Assembly (NCBI GenBank): GCA_001949185.1
Contig: BDGG01000005.1
Span: 1,849,249 to 1,913,248, forward strand
DNA from: Ramazzottius varieornatus
Taxonomy: Eukaryota > Animalia > Tardigrada
Direction of reading: 5' to 3'
DNA length: 64,000 nt
The notes beneath the pieces were generated by a model, which was given only the letters and a program-made list of their open reading frames with translations, did not search any database and was not told where the DNA came from. A program made the translations under genes and the position numbers. Shown one piece after another: positions 10,901 through 23,883 of the stretch (position 1 is the first letter of the stretch; the number at the start of each line of letters is the position of its first letter).

Positions 10901-13900
10901 CTGTGGCTTGCTCCGCTTCGGCCACAGCAGTATTAATCGCTAGTTTCCGGCCCATCATCCAAAGTTCATTGGCTTTGTTTGAGCAATCGATTTCAGCCGC
11001 AATTTTCATCAAGTCCACATGTAAGCATAATGCATTGAGAGGGCCGCTGCTGACCGTACAGAAAAACTGCTAGGGCGTTTTCCGTGGTGCGATTAGGAAC
11101 GTTAACATAAAAACAACCGTTTGCAGAAATTGGTGAAAGGGTGGTTTTTGGCAAGCTGGCTTGATTGGTTTGGTGGTATTGATTGCTGAGGAAGGCGTGA
11201 GTCACATGACGAATTTCTGTTCGCGCCTTGTGCCAAGCTGTCAATCAAAGCATATTTTTAATTCGAGACCAGTGGGAGAGACGGTTCGGCTTCTGGCGAT
11301 GCGGATCTACTCTTGTGCCTCAAGATGGTTATCGCCAGCTGCGAGCTGAAATATAAACTTTGATCGCTCTTTCCACGCTGCTTCCTTGTCCGCTGAACGG
11401 CTGTCAGCTGATTTCTAGCGACTTTGTGTCGCCGTGAAGAGGACTTTGGTCAGTAAGAATGGTTTATGGCAGGGTGACAAGTAATTACAGGTAAGAACAA
11501 CAAGCTCAAAGTCCGATTTCCTGCAACTCTGGTCGAACTCGGTAGGGGGCAGAGCGCGTCAAGAGCGCGTACGCAAACAAACAAGGCAGTAGGCGACCAG
11601 CTGTTGTTTACTGTATGAAAAGTCTTTTGGCAAGCCGCAAATGGCACCGTAAGTAGGGCAAGAGGCAGTGAATGCAACGAAGAGAGACAAGACAGAGAGA
11701 AAGAGAGAGAGACGCAGAGAGAAGAGGCAGCCGGAGAGAGAGAGAAAGAGAGAGAGAGAGAGACAGAGAGAAAGAGAGAGAGAGAGAGAGGCGCAGAGAG
11801 AGAGCCCGGCCTGTTGCCCTGCTCCATAGGCTGTAGCCGTTCGACAACGGTTTGTAAAGACTTGAGAATGTACAGTATACTTGTCTTGCTGCAGCACCGA
11901 TAATAGCTGGCCCGACCGGATTTTGATTTATGCGTGTTGAAAAGGAGTGTTGAAAAGGAGAAGTTGTCAAATTGTGGTGTTTGAAGTACCAGGCCGCGAG
12001 ATTTGTATGCGAGGCTCTGACCTGTTGGAGGGGTGAGAAGAAAAGACGGGCTCAAAGAGCCGTCGGCGACCTCTCTCTGTGTCTCTCTCGTAAGTCTGGC
12101 ACCGAGCCGATCAGCTGTTTGACACTTGGCAGCTGGTGTGCCATACTCAAGGTTTTTTTGCTCGTCGCTGAAAGCAGGTTTGACCACGTCAATTGTCATC
12201 AGTGACTAAATTGGGCTTTTTTCTGTCGTTGTAGCTTGCTACGGTATTCTATCCATTCCCACTGGCGACTGGTTTTGCTCAAAGTGCGCATTCCATCGGG
12301 CCAAGAGTAACGGACAAGCTGGTGAAACCCCCAAAGCGGCCACGGATTCGGACGCGCAGAAAAGCCTCCCAGCTGTGGTAAGTATCACCTCTTTCTCCGT
12401 TTTATGCATCCTTACACGACCCGATCATCTCTGTCCCAAAGTTTTCATGCATGCTTATGAGATTTTGGATGGAGGAAACAGTATCTCTGGCTTCTCTGAC
12501 GATTTCGCAGAACTATCCCGGCTGGGCCCCTGTGGAAGAAGGGGTGTGCGGCACGGCTCATGTTTACTGTATATGGGGTTTAGGACGCGGCGCTGAATGG
12601 TTAGGAGGAGTTTACGGCTCAGCGCGGTCACTGCAATAATGTGCGGTTCGGCTTGCCATCCGTGTATGCGTTTATGACAGGTGATAGGGTGGAGATGGTT
12701 CACGAGCTGACTTTTGCATCTTCGTTTCCGTGCCTTTACCGTTGGACTTTGGTCACTCTATCTTGGGTTTCTAGGTTCGTGAAACTTCATTGCAGCATCA
12801 GGGGCAAACTTCAGGTATGAAATTTCTTCGGAAGCTCAGTGCAATGTTGAAACGTGAGGAAAGGAAGACACTCGACGGTTTGCAGATTGTTTGTCGGACT
12901 TTTCGTTATCACAGCAAGTTTTTGAGTCTCTTGTGCTGTTACAGCATCTGAATCAGCCGTTCTGTCCTACTGTTAATGGTTAGCTGAGGGTTCATGGATA
13001 GTGAAGTGTGTGGTTGGACAGGTTTTGTAGGAAGCTGAAGTGAACGATGGTGGAGATGTGAGCACGTCCGGCAGGTTCTTGTGTGCTGTGCTGGCTGCGC
13101 CTGACAGACAACCCCAAGTACTCTTGTTGGTGCAAGTGCCCAACCATGCGTGGCATGTTGGCCTTGGTACAAAAATGCGCGCTACTTGATTAATCCGCAG
13201 AAAGCCCTTCATGCTTCGCCAGCATCATCCTTCGAACTATTGACAAGCTCTTCTCTTGTGAGAAACACGGACAGGGTGAATGAAAGCCTTCTAGTTTTCG
13301 GAAGGTAGGAGCCGGAAGTCGCTCAACGAAAACTAATCCGGAAATCCCGCAGAAGTTTGGGAGCTGACTCAGCTGAGCAATCGAGCTCGACAGAATCTGT
13401 TCTCCAACTGGCACACGCTATCAGCCAATATCACTACAATCGTGCGTCACTTGGGAAGACATCCCCTTCGAGTCTGTTGGCCACACTCCCAGTTATGAGA
13501 GTAGTGGACGACTGCTTTGCTAGACTTCAGTGATGAAGGGAAGGAATATTATTCAAAGAAGGCTTTGCCAAAGATTAATCAGGGGAGGACTGATAGGGTA
13601 GAAGGGGATGAAGGACTGAAGGTGAAGGATCAAGAACAGGTGTCAGGAGGGGGTTTGCCTCCTCGTAGAATCTTGATGAGTTCTCAATCGTTTGTGTTTA
13701 TCTTTATAGATGGTAGAAACGAGACGATCCCTCGTAGATTGGAGGCTGCTTTGGTACATTGGCTGGCACAGATTAGCATTTCAGCTCGAGGGTCGTTTTC
13801 TTGGAAGGCAGTCTTAAGCTCTTGAAAGAGACGTCTTTCACAGTTGAGTGGGTCGATCGTACTTTGATTGTGACGTGTCTTTTACGGAACTGCTCTTGCA

Positions 13901-16900
13901 CTTGCGGCAGTGTTCATTACGGGGAACAATCATCGATGAGGCAGTGGTTGGGCTTTGGACTGGCAGGATAATTAATTTGCTATGTATCGAGCCTACACAG
14001 CTGCGGAGGAGAGTGGCAGGTTGAACGAATAGTCGCGCGCGAAGTAGAAGCTTTTGATTCAGAGTACGAAGCTGTACTTTCGAATTGTATTCCTGCGGGA
14101 AAATTCGGAATGAGCTGTAATTGGTCGCTGTTGAATAATTTATTCTAAAGAATTCACCCGAAGTTTTGGCTGAAATCTCATCACATTTACGCATGTCTCA
14201 TCTACCTGTATACATTGAGCTTTATGACTGAGGTGGTGCGCCTGTATGCAAGTGCGTGATAAATGCATACAGTTTTGTGCTGATTACCCTACTTTCTTGA
14301 CAAAAAAGTGGTGGTGTTTCAAGGATGATTTTGCAGAAGCTAATAATGGTTTTTTGTGTGCTTTGTAGAGTTGTCAACTTTGTCCATCGAAGGAAGGAGC
14401 TTTGAAGCAGACGCGCGATGGCAAATGGGCTCACGTTGTGTGCGCACTGTACATCAAGGAGGTTTCGTTCCAGAATACGGAACTTATGGAGCCCATCATT
14501 CTGAATGAAGTTCCCAAACATCGCTTCCAACAGGTAACAGCGTAAATGATTGTGGTGGTATTGAGGAAATGAGAGTAAGACGGTGCCTGGAAAAAAGAAA
14601 GCAGGTCCCAGAACGAAACCGGATATATGTTTCAACCTGGACTGATTGGTAATTGGATGGCTCGTTTAGCTGATCATTTTCTCTTTCTAACAGACGTGCT
14701 ATATTTGCGTGGAGGAGGGCAAGCAGGCGGAGAGTACAACAGGAGCTTGCTCCATTTGCGAGAAGGGAGCGTGCAAGAAAGCCTTCCATGTAACCTGGTA
14801 CGTCGCGTACAAGTGTTGTGCTTCTTGCAAAAGGGGAAATTATCGATCGATCGAAAATAGTAATTGCCGTGTGTTGACGGTGCGTTTGATTCCATCTTGT
14901 TGGAATATTGGCTGGAGCAGATGGAAGGTGCCTGATGATTTGTGATTGCAGCGCCCAAAGGAAAGGACTTTTATGCGAGATTTTCAAGAAGAATAAGCCT
15001 GACCAAGTGATCTACGCGGGATTCTGTGCGGACCATATCCCACCCGGCGAACACGGCGTAAGTTTTCCCGAGTATCTCGTGGACAAGGACTGAATGCTAC
15101 TTGAGAAAACTGCAATCTTTTTAGGCAAACAAGCTCGACAAGATTTTTCCGAAGTGGCGCACGCTTTCAGCCGATGACGCTGAAAACCTGCGTCACTTGA
15201 GAAAACATCTTGTTGAGCTTGTTTGCCCAGCTGCCTTAATATGTCTATCTTGAAAATATTGTCCGCGTGAAGTAAAATTCCAGGTTCTCTCCCTTTGAAA
15301 GAATTCTTCAAGACTGGTTATCGTTGTAGACTGTTGACGGAGCGCGCTACAGAAAGATTCCTTCGTATCCGCGAGCGCCTTCGTCCGGCGGAATACCTGA
15401 GCGAGCTTCGTCCAGTTCCGGCTATTCCACGCCGAACAAGTCTTCGTCACCTCCCGCCGGACAAGTCAGCGTGGAGAACGTTCAGAATAGCGTCCAAGCA
15501 GCCAACGAAACGGAGAAAAATCAGCGGTCCTCTTCCATCAAGTCCAACGCATCGGTAGGATCGAACGGCACCACGGAGAGCGCGGATAGCGGCATCCTGA
15601 CCAGCTCAGACCCGGAAAGAGTTCCCAGTTTGCAAAACAGCACAACAGCGACAGTAGCGAATGAACCAGCGGGCAAGAACGAGAGAGCCATAAGGAAACC
15701 ACCGAAAAAGAGCCTGGCTGCCCGCATGGACGGCGCTGGCATTCCGGCACTGCAGAGTCCTTCTTCCAGCTCGCACGGCTCTCCCCAGGTTTGTAATGTC
15801 TTTCGGTTTTGTTGAAACTTCGGTCAGAGAAAATTCATGCATGCACCGAAAGTCGTCGGTTGATCTGTCCCGCTTACAGACGTATCGGCAGACAACTAGA
15901 CAGCGTTGGCCTTCTGACTGCCGCACAATTTCAATGTTATTGACTGGGAACATTCGCCACCAGTGAGAAACGCCGACAAGATTTGTTTCCCAAGTGGCGC
16001 ACGGTTTCAGTATTAGATGAAAGCCTGCGCCACTTACACAACCGATTTGGTCGGGTTCGCTTGCTTGGGTCCCATTTCTGGAAATGGTTTCTGACCTCTT
16101 TGCTCTTCCGTACGAGACATGTCTAGACTGTTTTTTCTCTCAATGTGGAGAAGTCACAAAGCTGACTTGTTCGGTTCAATGAGGGATTTTTCTCTTCTTT
16201 TTCTAGGTTTCGTCCCAGCCGAGTAGCAGCGTTTCCGCACCTGTTCCTTCGCCTCAGCAACAACAGCAACCGACTCCTCCGCAAATGACGGTGCAGAGTC
16301 CGTCGCAACTTGCTTCCTCCTCTTCTTCCCTGGCACCTCCTTCCCTTCCCTCACACTGCGCCTTTCCGCAGTACGCCATGATGCCCATGTCCATGGCGCC
16401 TCTGCAGCAGTCGCCGGGGGATCCTCCGCGCTACTACCACGCTGACAACCCCTTCGCCACTCCACACGACATGGCGTACCAGATGAACAAGCCGGTCGGT
16501 GTCGTCTCGATGGAGTCCATGAGCCAGAACCGAAGTCCCTCCATGATGCAGCAGGCCAAGAATGGGGTGAACCAACCGACGGATCGACCCACGCCACCGT
16601 TGAGGAAACGTCCGCTTAGTCCATCCATACTGGACAGCGAAACGCTGACCATCAGCTCGCTGATTGAAAGGACCATCGAAAGAGCTACGACATCTACCAC
16701 GACCGTTCCACCCGTGTCGGTACCGTATACCACGGGAGTGAGGCCAATGTTCCCTGGAGAAGACAATTCGAAACCAACTGAAGGTAATTCTTCTGTTCAG
16801 CATGTCGTACATATTGTGAACTGAATAGTTGCACTACGGATGGGCCAAGTGACTACTACCTGCAACATTAGCGTAGAAAAAAAATCAGACTGTCTGCTTT

Positions 16901-19900
16901 TCTTTCATTCTTTCACATGATATGTGCAACTTTTCATGCTGCTTCCGCTGAGCCATAGCTTGTTGGTGTGCAGTGAGCTCTTGGTTGGAAAATTTGATTG
17001 TGATGACTTCCTGTGAGGGAGATTTTTCGGCAGGAACAAACCGGACACTCTAGAACTCCATGGGCGATTATCTTTCCTCAATTTGATTTCAACGGAGGTA
17101 AAACTATTCGGGTTCTTGTTAGAAAACAGAGAAGATCGCAAGGAAAACAAACTAAGAGAGTAAACGATTTTATGCCGTTGAATTTGACCATTTTGCCGGG
17201 AAACCGGTCCTCCTGGAAAAAATTATAAATTTTGTTCTAAACCAAGAGTTAACACTTACGACTGCCTTTCCTATAGCCCAGTCACTGGAGTAATTTCAGG
17301 TGTCAGAATCGCAAGGCTATGTTAGACAAGTACATGAGAATTTTTTGAAATACTCTCAAAATCTGAAAAAGTTGCCGATTCTCGCAAACCCAGTTTTTGC
17401 GAAGAGCCTTCCTCCACTCAGGTTTAACTGAATCTGTCCAAAAGCGTTTCGCATTCAGATGGGTCAGTGAATTGGCTTCCCGTTAATGCTTTTAGTTGCC
17501 GGAAAAGATTTCAAACTACTTCGAAAAACCTTGTTCTCAGACGCACACCCTGTATTTTGCCTCAATTTTGCTACGGTAGCCGCATCAGTGAATCAACAAG
17601 TGATACGGAAGAGCACGGTATTTTTCCCGGAAATTAGACTACCGTTAAACGATTTGTAGTCAGCAGTTTTAGTCCGAAAGAGCAGAAGGGAGAAAAATGA
17701 TTTTTTCGGAGGGAGGAACAGTGAAAAGTCGCCTCGGAGCAGCAACGCGGCCGCACCCTCCCTAGTCCTGGGTTGATTCTCGACTTCGTATAGGCATTCT
17801 TTCTGGGTAAGTTATTTCTAAAGGATTGCAGCAGGGATACTGACTTCAGAAAAAGAAAGTGAGGACCAACGCACACGCAGTCGAGAGCGCCGTGAATATC
17901 ATGAGGTGGAACTAGTCACTTGGCCCATCCACACTGCATGCTGTAATTGCAGAAGTGTATGCAGGAGCGTGTAGCGTTGAATGGTTTTGTTTTAGAATAT
18001 CTTTCAGGGACCTGCATACATATGGTCACGCCTTAAGTACTCTTAGCGTGTATGCAGAAACATGAGTGCTTTTATTTCACCTACCTGCATACAAAATTCG
18101 TGCGTTTGGTACAAGAATGTGCATGCAGGTGCGTGTTGAACGGGCGATCTGGTTTGTTGGATGTTGTGACCCTGTTGCAAACCGTTTCTTCTTGAAGGTT
18201 CAGCATCGAAGAAGGGTAAGAGGCAGCCCAAAGAGCCCAAGAATGATCCACGAAGGCAGGGAACGACGGCGACGATCAAAGATATTCTGGCGAATAATGG
18301 AGTAATGTCGCCCCAGCAGCAAGCACAGTTGATGCAAGGTAGTTCTCAGCAGCCAGCGCCTTACTCCGCGCCGCAACCCGAACCGGCGCACGCGTCCCAA
18401 GGGAAGGATGCAGGAAAGCCGAGGAGCCAGCCACCGTCCTTCGTGGGTACTCCCACCATGGGAGATGACAAGACGAACCACAGTCCGGATAGTCCGTTCA
18501 ACCGAGAACAACGACCATTGACGCCTAGAAGCCTGGCGGCCAGACATGAGTCGAACGACAGACATAAGAATACTATGGAGAAAGTTCAGCATTACTTGTA
18601 AGAATATTCTAATCTATTCTATTCTGTTCTATTCTATTCTTTTATTTTTGAAGAGTAAAGAATAATTTTTGAAAATGGCTTTCTGTTTTGCAGGAATAAT
18701 AGTATAGCACCCTCTGATGTAATACCAGGAAGTCCACTGTCCATTTCGACTGCTCAACAGCAGACGAAGGGCGGCAAGAAGAACCAGGAAGAGAAAGTTT
18801 CGAGAGCGTCGTATGGTCAAGGAAGATCGGGTAAGACATTTTCAGGAGGTTGGTAGATGAATTCATCAGATCGTCCACTCAAGTGGCGCTCGTTCTCATT
18901 GTTGTTGGCCGAGAAGGTGCGCCACTTGAAAAATGATGTGGTTCGTTTGAACTGCCAAGCTCTCATTTTTAGAGTTCGGTTTTCAGTGAGCTGGGTTGCT
19001 GTTTTATAGGAGGAAGTCAGCAAGCACCAGATGCAAGATCTCACCAGCAGATGGCACCGAGAGAAGAGCCGGCCATGGCCAAGAAAGTGAACGGTTACCC
19101 GAACGGCCCAGTCTCTACGGAGAACACGGCCGGGCAACCGGAAGACGACGTGGAAACGCCAGCGTAAGTTGATCTTTTCTTCTAATGTATTGCCGGAGGT
19201 GTGATAGAAATGGTGTGTAATTTCAGAGGCGCGATGGCGTTCGATCACTACATGTATCAGCTGGCCACGCTTGGAACGAATGCGGCCCATAATGCCGCAG
19301 TCGGCTTGCATCCCTCAGGTAATTTTGAAGTAGATAATATTGGTGAATACTGAATAGTGAGAAGGCTAGACGTGATGTTATCGATCAGGGTCTTGTTTGA
19401 TGGGCAGATATAATCGAACTTTAAGACTGACGCCTCGTCCGAAGGTGAACAAATTGGCTGACAAGATCGGCTGTTTGTGGTGCGAAGTTTTGATGAACTC
19501 AGCTCACCTTGAACTACTATCTGACGATGCTGACAGTATGTAGGAAAAAATTAATGAGAGATCTGCAAACTCAAGGAGATTGTATTTTTTAAGGTAACGC
19601 ACGTTCTCAGCGATATTACAGACATTAAGTTGCCACCGCCAGATGAAAGTCCCACTGTAGCTAAGATGAGTTGCAACGTCACTCATAAGCGCAGCCGCTG
19701 ATCAGAACTTTGAATAGTTGGGCAGCCACAATGCGTCCCAATACTAGCCAACCGTAACTCCGATTACGCTATTTTTTCGAAAATAAGGGGAGCTCCGAAA
19801 AGCAAAATGTAGTTATACTTCACGAAAGGGGCGGAACAAGGCCGTAGCTACAATTGCAAAGTGAACGGGGAGTGGCAACTTAATCTCTATATTGTCTGAA

Positions 19901-21385
19901 AGAGTGCGCCACTTGGACAAAATGATGCTGTCGAGTTGTTTGCCGAGCTTCCGAATCGATGTCGATGAATAATATATCTGAAGAAATCGAACTACTATGT
20001 TCATGATTCAAAGACTGTTGGAGGAGTTAGACGTTTTGCCGCAGCAGCTTCTAAATATAAGCATATAAGCTTCATACAAGTTTTCTTCTAAATTTCTGGA
20101 GATGAAACTGCTTTGGGCATAATGAGTAATTTTTTTTTTTTTTGCAGCTGCTGTCACGCTGGATGGCTTCTTCCGTATGCAGAAAGAGCTGACTTCCCTC
20201 AAGCAGAAAGTCGGCGAACTGGAAAGTTTGAAAGCCTTCTACCTGACACAAGTGCAGTCCCTCCGAAGCCTCTCCGAGAAGTACGCTGCCGATGGTCCAG
20301 TCACCCAGCCCACCATGCCGGAAGAAGTGGCGCGGCTCATCGGCATGCTGGGCCCCACCGATGGTCTGGAAGAGCCCTCAGCTCCTGTTCGAACCAAAGT
20401 GGAAGTTCCTTCCGATGGCTTGATGGCCAGGTTACACGAGCCTGGCGCGGGTTCGAGTAGAGGCAGGTCCGACAGCCGAGTCGGCAGCAACGCTCCTCCT
20501 TCGAGTAGCGTTCCTCATCATGTCCAGCAGTCACCGTCCTCCACGCCGAAGCCTCCGTCTAGGTCGGCGAGGGCCGTGAGGGATGAGAAGGATAAGAATG
20601 AGAGGGATGGAAGAGAGTATGTGAACGGTAGTGGAGGAGGATATAGTGGTAACGGTGGTAGCGGTGGTAGCAGTGGTAACGGAAGTAGCGGGAATGTGAG
20701 GAGACCGCACTATGAGCATTTGGATGGGCTACCGAGCGGGGTGGTGTCGACTCCCGCGCAAGTGGCCACGACGCAAGCGATGTTGATGCCAAGTATGAAT
20801 GGACAACCGTTCCTCTTTCAGAATCCCATGTATTCTATGACAATGGTAAGAGAGAGAGAGAGAGAGAAAAGTGTTTTGGGTGGTCTTGTGGAGGAAGGAA
20901 ATTGAAGATGTGACTTTTTGCTTCCTGTAGGACCCGAGAATTTTTGGGATGATGCCTGGACAGATGGCACAGATGCAAGCCTTCCTTCCGCAGACTGTAT
21001 ACGCACAAAATATGACCGGATATACTCCCGTCAATACTTCAGGTATGTGAGAAGAAGGAGCTGGGAAGTTGCTCAGTTCGTTAAGCCGTTTTTCTATGGG
21101 ATAAGTCAACAGGGTGGTGCCCAGCACGGCCGTGTCAGTTTTTACTTTTTACCGTACGAAAAGAGCAGCTTTGAAAAGTCGAAGGCTTGAGCATGCGCAA
21201 CTTGAACGGCGTTTTGATGGTTTCTCTTTGTGGTAGATTATGCGGGACTAGGAAGAATGCATACACCGACCTCGTCGAGGTACACGATGGAAGAGAATGG
21301 AGGTTCGGCAGGTGGGAGTTCACTTAATCAGCAACAGCACCAGAGTAACATGAAGAGGGACTACGATATGCCGCGAGAGAGCTGA
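7976..21385 (+). CDS. AF10/AF17 (MLLT10/Alhambra)-like PHD-Zn knuckle-PHD chromatin protein with C-terminal leucine zipper, multi-exon
   Basis: Exons 7976-8084 (CAVCSEESAPHEDNPLVFCDGCNVCVHK), 12235-12377 (CYGILSIPTGDWFCSKC), 14369-14533 (CQLCPSKEGALKQTRDGKWAHVVCALYI), 14694-14797 (CYIC...GACSICEKGACKKAFHVTC). Later low-complexity exons and a coiled coil (MQKELTSLKQKVGELESLK, ~20177). Stop TGA 21383-21385. Confidence 0.85.
11681..11803. repeat. Imperfect (GA)n microsatellite in AF10-like intron 1
   Basis: About 120 bp of AGAGAG runs with interruptions. Confidence 0.95.
13358..13491. mobile_element. Family A foldback element (AF10-like intron 2)
   Basis: TGGGAGCTG...CAACTGGCACAC-N25-GTGCGTCACTTGGG...CTCCCA. 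Confidence 0.8.
15122..15236. mobile_element. Family A foldback element (AF10-like intron)
   Basis: GGCAAACAAGCTCGACAAGAT...GAAGTGGCGCAC-N25-CTGCGTCACTTG...ATCTTGTTGAGCTTGTTTGCC. Confidence 0.85.
15944..16075. mobile_element. Family A foldback element (AF10-like intron)
   Basis: CGACAAGAT..CAAGTGGCGCAC-N22-CTGCGCCACTT...GGGTCCCAT. Confidence 0.8.
16838..17930. mobile_element. ~1.1-kb non-autonomous DNA-transposon-like insert bounded by 18-bp perfect inverted repeats (AF10-like intron)
   Basis: GGATGGGCCAAGTGACTA (16838-16855) and TAGTCACTTGGCCCATCC (17913-17930); AT-rich interior; no TSD identified. Confidence 0.6.
18604..18641. repeat. Imperfect (ATTCT)n pentanucleotide tract in intron
   Basis: ATATTCTAATCTATTCTATTCTGTTCTATTCTATTCTT. 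Confidence 0.8.
18845..18966. mobile_element. Family A foldback element (AF10-like intron)
   Basis: GGAGGTTGG...CAAGTGGCGCTC-N25-GTGCGCCACTTG...TGCCAAGCTCTCA. Confidence 0.8.
19787..19953. mobile_element. Family A foldback element, left core degenerate (AF10-like intron)
   Basis: GGGGAGCTCCG ... GTGCGCCACTTGG...TGTCGAGTTGTTTGCCGAGCTTCC. Confidence 0.7.
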
Positions 21386-21861
21386 CAGAGCTCTTGAGCT
21401 GGCGCCGCTGCTGACCTTTGAGACAGTAGCCTTCTGAAAATACTCCCGGTGGTGAAAGATGGGGCAGGTCGACCCCGCTGGAAGGTTCTGTGACACGTAA
21501 AGAAAATGATAAATAGAAGACTTTAGAAAGAATCGAATGTAGTTTGGCTGTGAAAGATTTTCTTTTTGAAGTGAAAGGTCTGTCTTGTGTGATGAGTGCT
21601 ACGAAAGAACGTAACTACGGCCAAAATTTAAAATGATTTGATTTTATACCAGTACACCCTATGCGTTGTTTAATTGTTGATCGTTTTACAAAACGTGGAT
21701 TTGAGAATTAGGATGGTTGATAATGATGATTCTTCTTTTCCCTAATCACACGCGACGACAGTATTCGTCTCTCTGTTATAATTTCTGTTTTCTCCCTCTT
21801 CTCCAACTGCCACTGCGTCTTTGAGGAATAAACTTGATCAGGAAAAGCAGCCTTCCTACCG

Positions 21862-21971
21862 CGTGGCGAACCAGATCTCGATCGTGAGTGGCGCACGAGT
21901 TCATTGTCATTGGCCGAAAGTATGCGCCACTTGGCAAAACGACCTGACCGGATTAATTTGCCTACGCCCCA
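21862..21971. mobile_element. Family A foldback element (intergenic, upstream of first UGT)
   Basis: GAGTGGCGCAC-N25-ATGCGCCACTTGG...ATTTGCCTACGCCCCA. Confidence 0.75.
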
Positions 21972-22231
21972 GTGTCGCCTTTTTGAACATTCCAGGCACC
22001 AAGTTGCACTGCCGTATGTGATTTCTTGCAGGAAGATAAGACTGAAGGGTACGAGCGAACGTGTGCAACAAGGTAGACCAGCGCTGAGGCAAATGGTGGT
22101 GATTGTAGAGCGGACTTATCCATTGGAAAAGTTTGTCAGGTGGTAAAAAGTATGCAAATTTGCACCGAGGTCGAAACACGCCACATAGCGGAACTGGGAT
22201 GCGTCGGTTCAAACTCGACGAACGCAGCAAA

Positions 22232-23883
22232 ATGGACCAGCAGAGTCAACGACGTCACGTTCTCTGCGTGGCCTTCCCGGCTTATGGACACATGATCCCG
22301 CTCTTGACTCTTGCCAGGAAAATCAGCGAGTTCCATGACGTCACATTCGCGGTGTCCGAGAGTCAGCATGAAGAACTAAAAAGACGAGAAATCCTGGAGG
22401 ACAACGATGCTCACATCAAGCTCTTCGGGATCGATGACGGCTTCGCGGATGATACTGCGGAACGATTTGCGGATGATCCAAGAAACATGAAGCTCATGGA
22501 GCAGATGTTCCAGCAGGCCATGGATGGTGTCGCGAAACTGATATCCGAAATACCAACCCACAAAGGAGCTTCGAAACCCGACTTTGGCATCCAAAGACCC
22601 GTCGATGTTGTCATTACTGGTACGTCATCTCTATGTTACATGAAGATAGCAAATAAACTCTACAAGAATGGCTTTCCACGCGGCGCACGTTCGCGGTATT
22701 ATTGGCTGAAAGCGTGCGCCACTTGGTACAACGACCCTGTCAATCTTACTTGCTTACCCGAGTGGCGCACGTTCTCAGTGAAATTAACCAGGAGGGTCCG
22801 CCACTTGAAAAAACGATCCTGCTGAGTTTGTTTGCCTGGGTCCCAAGAGTGAAACTCTTATGGATTTTAGACAACATGGTTGCTGGTATCGTTGCTCCGG
22901 TCAAGTCCCGCGGACCTCTGTTTTACCTATTCAACGCTTCCTGCGCTTCCTTCAACCTTCTGGTGCTTTCGTTCAATGAGGACCACCCGACGTGCGCGGA
23001 CGAAGATGCTCCGGCCTTCCAAAAGGTACCCGCACCTGGTCAGCCGCTACTACCCATAACAGTAGGTTTCCTGCCAACTGTACTCAAGATGAAGCACGGT
23101 ATGCTTCTGGCCGATGGTATCATCATGAACTCTTTCCGCGGTGCAGAAGAAGAAGCCATTAGGACCATACAAAGTCACCCGGAAATGACGCACATCCCGC
23201 TGCACTGCGTGGGACCTCTGATCCCGCAGGTCAAAGAAACCAACGTGAAACGTCAAGTAACAGAGAAGAAGGTGAAGCAATGGCTGGATGCGAAACCAGG
23301 AAGTTCGGTCATTTACGTTTCGTTTGGCTCGGTGGCTCAACTAACTTCGGAACAGGTCAGAGAAATCGCCAAAGCGCTGAGTACTTTGGACCGACCATTC
23401 ATCTGGTCTCTCAAAGGCCAACTTCACGCGCATTTGCCGGCGGAATCCCAGAAAACTCTATTGAGCAACTTGGAGGATAACAACAGTGGGCACCTGATCG
23501 TGCAGTGGGCGCCGCAAAAGCTCGTGCTTGCTCATCCTTCGGTGGCTCTTTTCGTTAGTCATTGCGGATGGAACAGTACGATAGAAGGTTTGGCCAGCGG
23601 GAAGCCGTTTGTAGCCTGGCCGCAGTTTTCGGATCAGCTAATCAACGCAGAGTTTGCGGAAGGAAAGGGCGCTGCTGTCGTGATCCGGAATGCGGGAACC
23701 AAGAAGGGGAGATTGGTCAAGGCGGAAGAGGTTGCGAATGCGGTACGGAAAGCGGAAACTGAATGCGCAGCTGCGGCAAGGACGTGGGGCCAGAAGATGC
23801 GAAGAGCTATCCAACCCGGAAATGCCTCGTACGAAGAGTTTGTTCAGCTGATGCAAAAGTTTAACGATCTCCGGATAGAGTAG
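22232..23883 (+). CDS. UDP-glycosyltransferase (GT1), soluble plant-type, 2 exons (22232-22619, 22871-23883)
   Basis: N-terminal HVLCVAFPAYGHMIPLL; WLDAKPGSSVIYVSFGS; PSPG box WAPQKLVLAHPSVALFVSHCGWNSTIEGLASGKPFVAWPQFSDQ. The GT-AG intron keeps frame (VIT-D-NM). Confidence 0.93.
22640..22845. mobile_element. Family A foldback element, double-core (sole intron of first UGT)
   Basis: CGCGGCGCAC-N25-GTGCGCCACTTG and GAGTGGCGCAC-N25-GTCCGCCACTTG...GAGTTTGTTTGCCTGGGTCCCA. Confidence 0.85.

Noticed and set aside
10812-11018. Protein-like minus-strand ORF nested in AF10-like intron 1
   Set aside because: Short, with no recognisable domain and no convincing flanking splice sites or partner exons.
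11450-12199. 249-aa minus-strand ORF and overlapping ORFs
   Set aside because: Openness is caused by the (GA)n/(TC)n microsatellite (SLSLSL runs).
19560-19730. Additional highly degenerate family A-like copies (also near 9755 and 13130)
   Set aside because: Only partial box matches; not counted without an HMM search.
22133-22870. ORF-track extensions of the first UGT (22133-22825 and 22702 start) suggesting a frameshifted gene
   Set aside because: Explained by the GT-AG intron 22620-22870; the extra residues are translated family A sequence.
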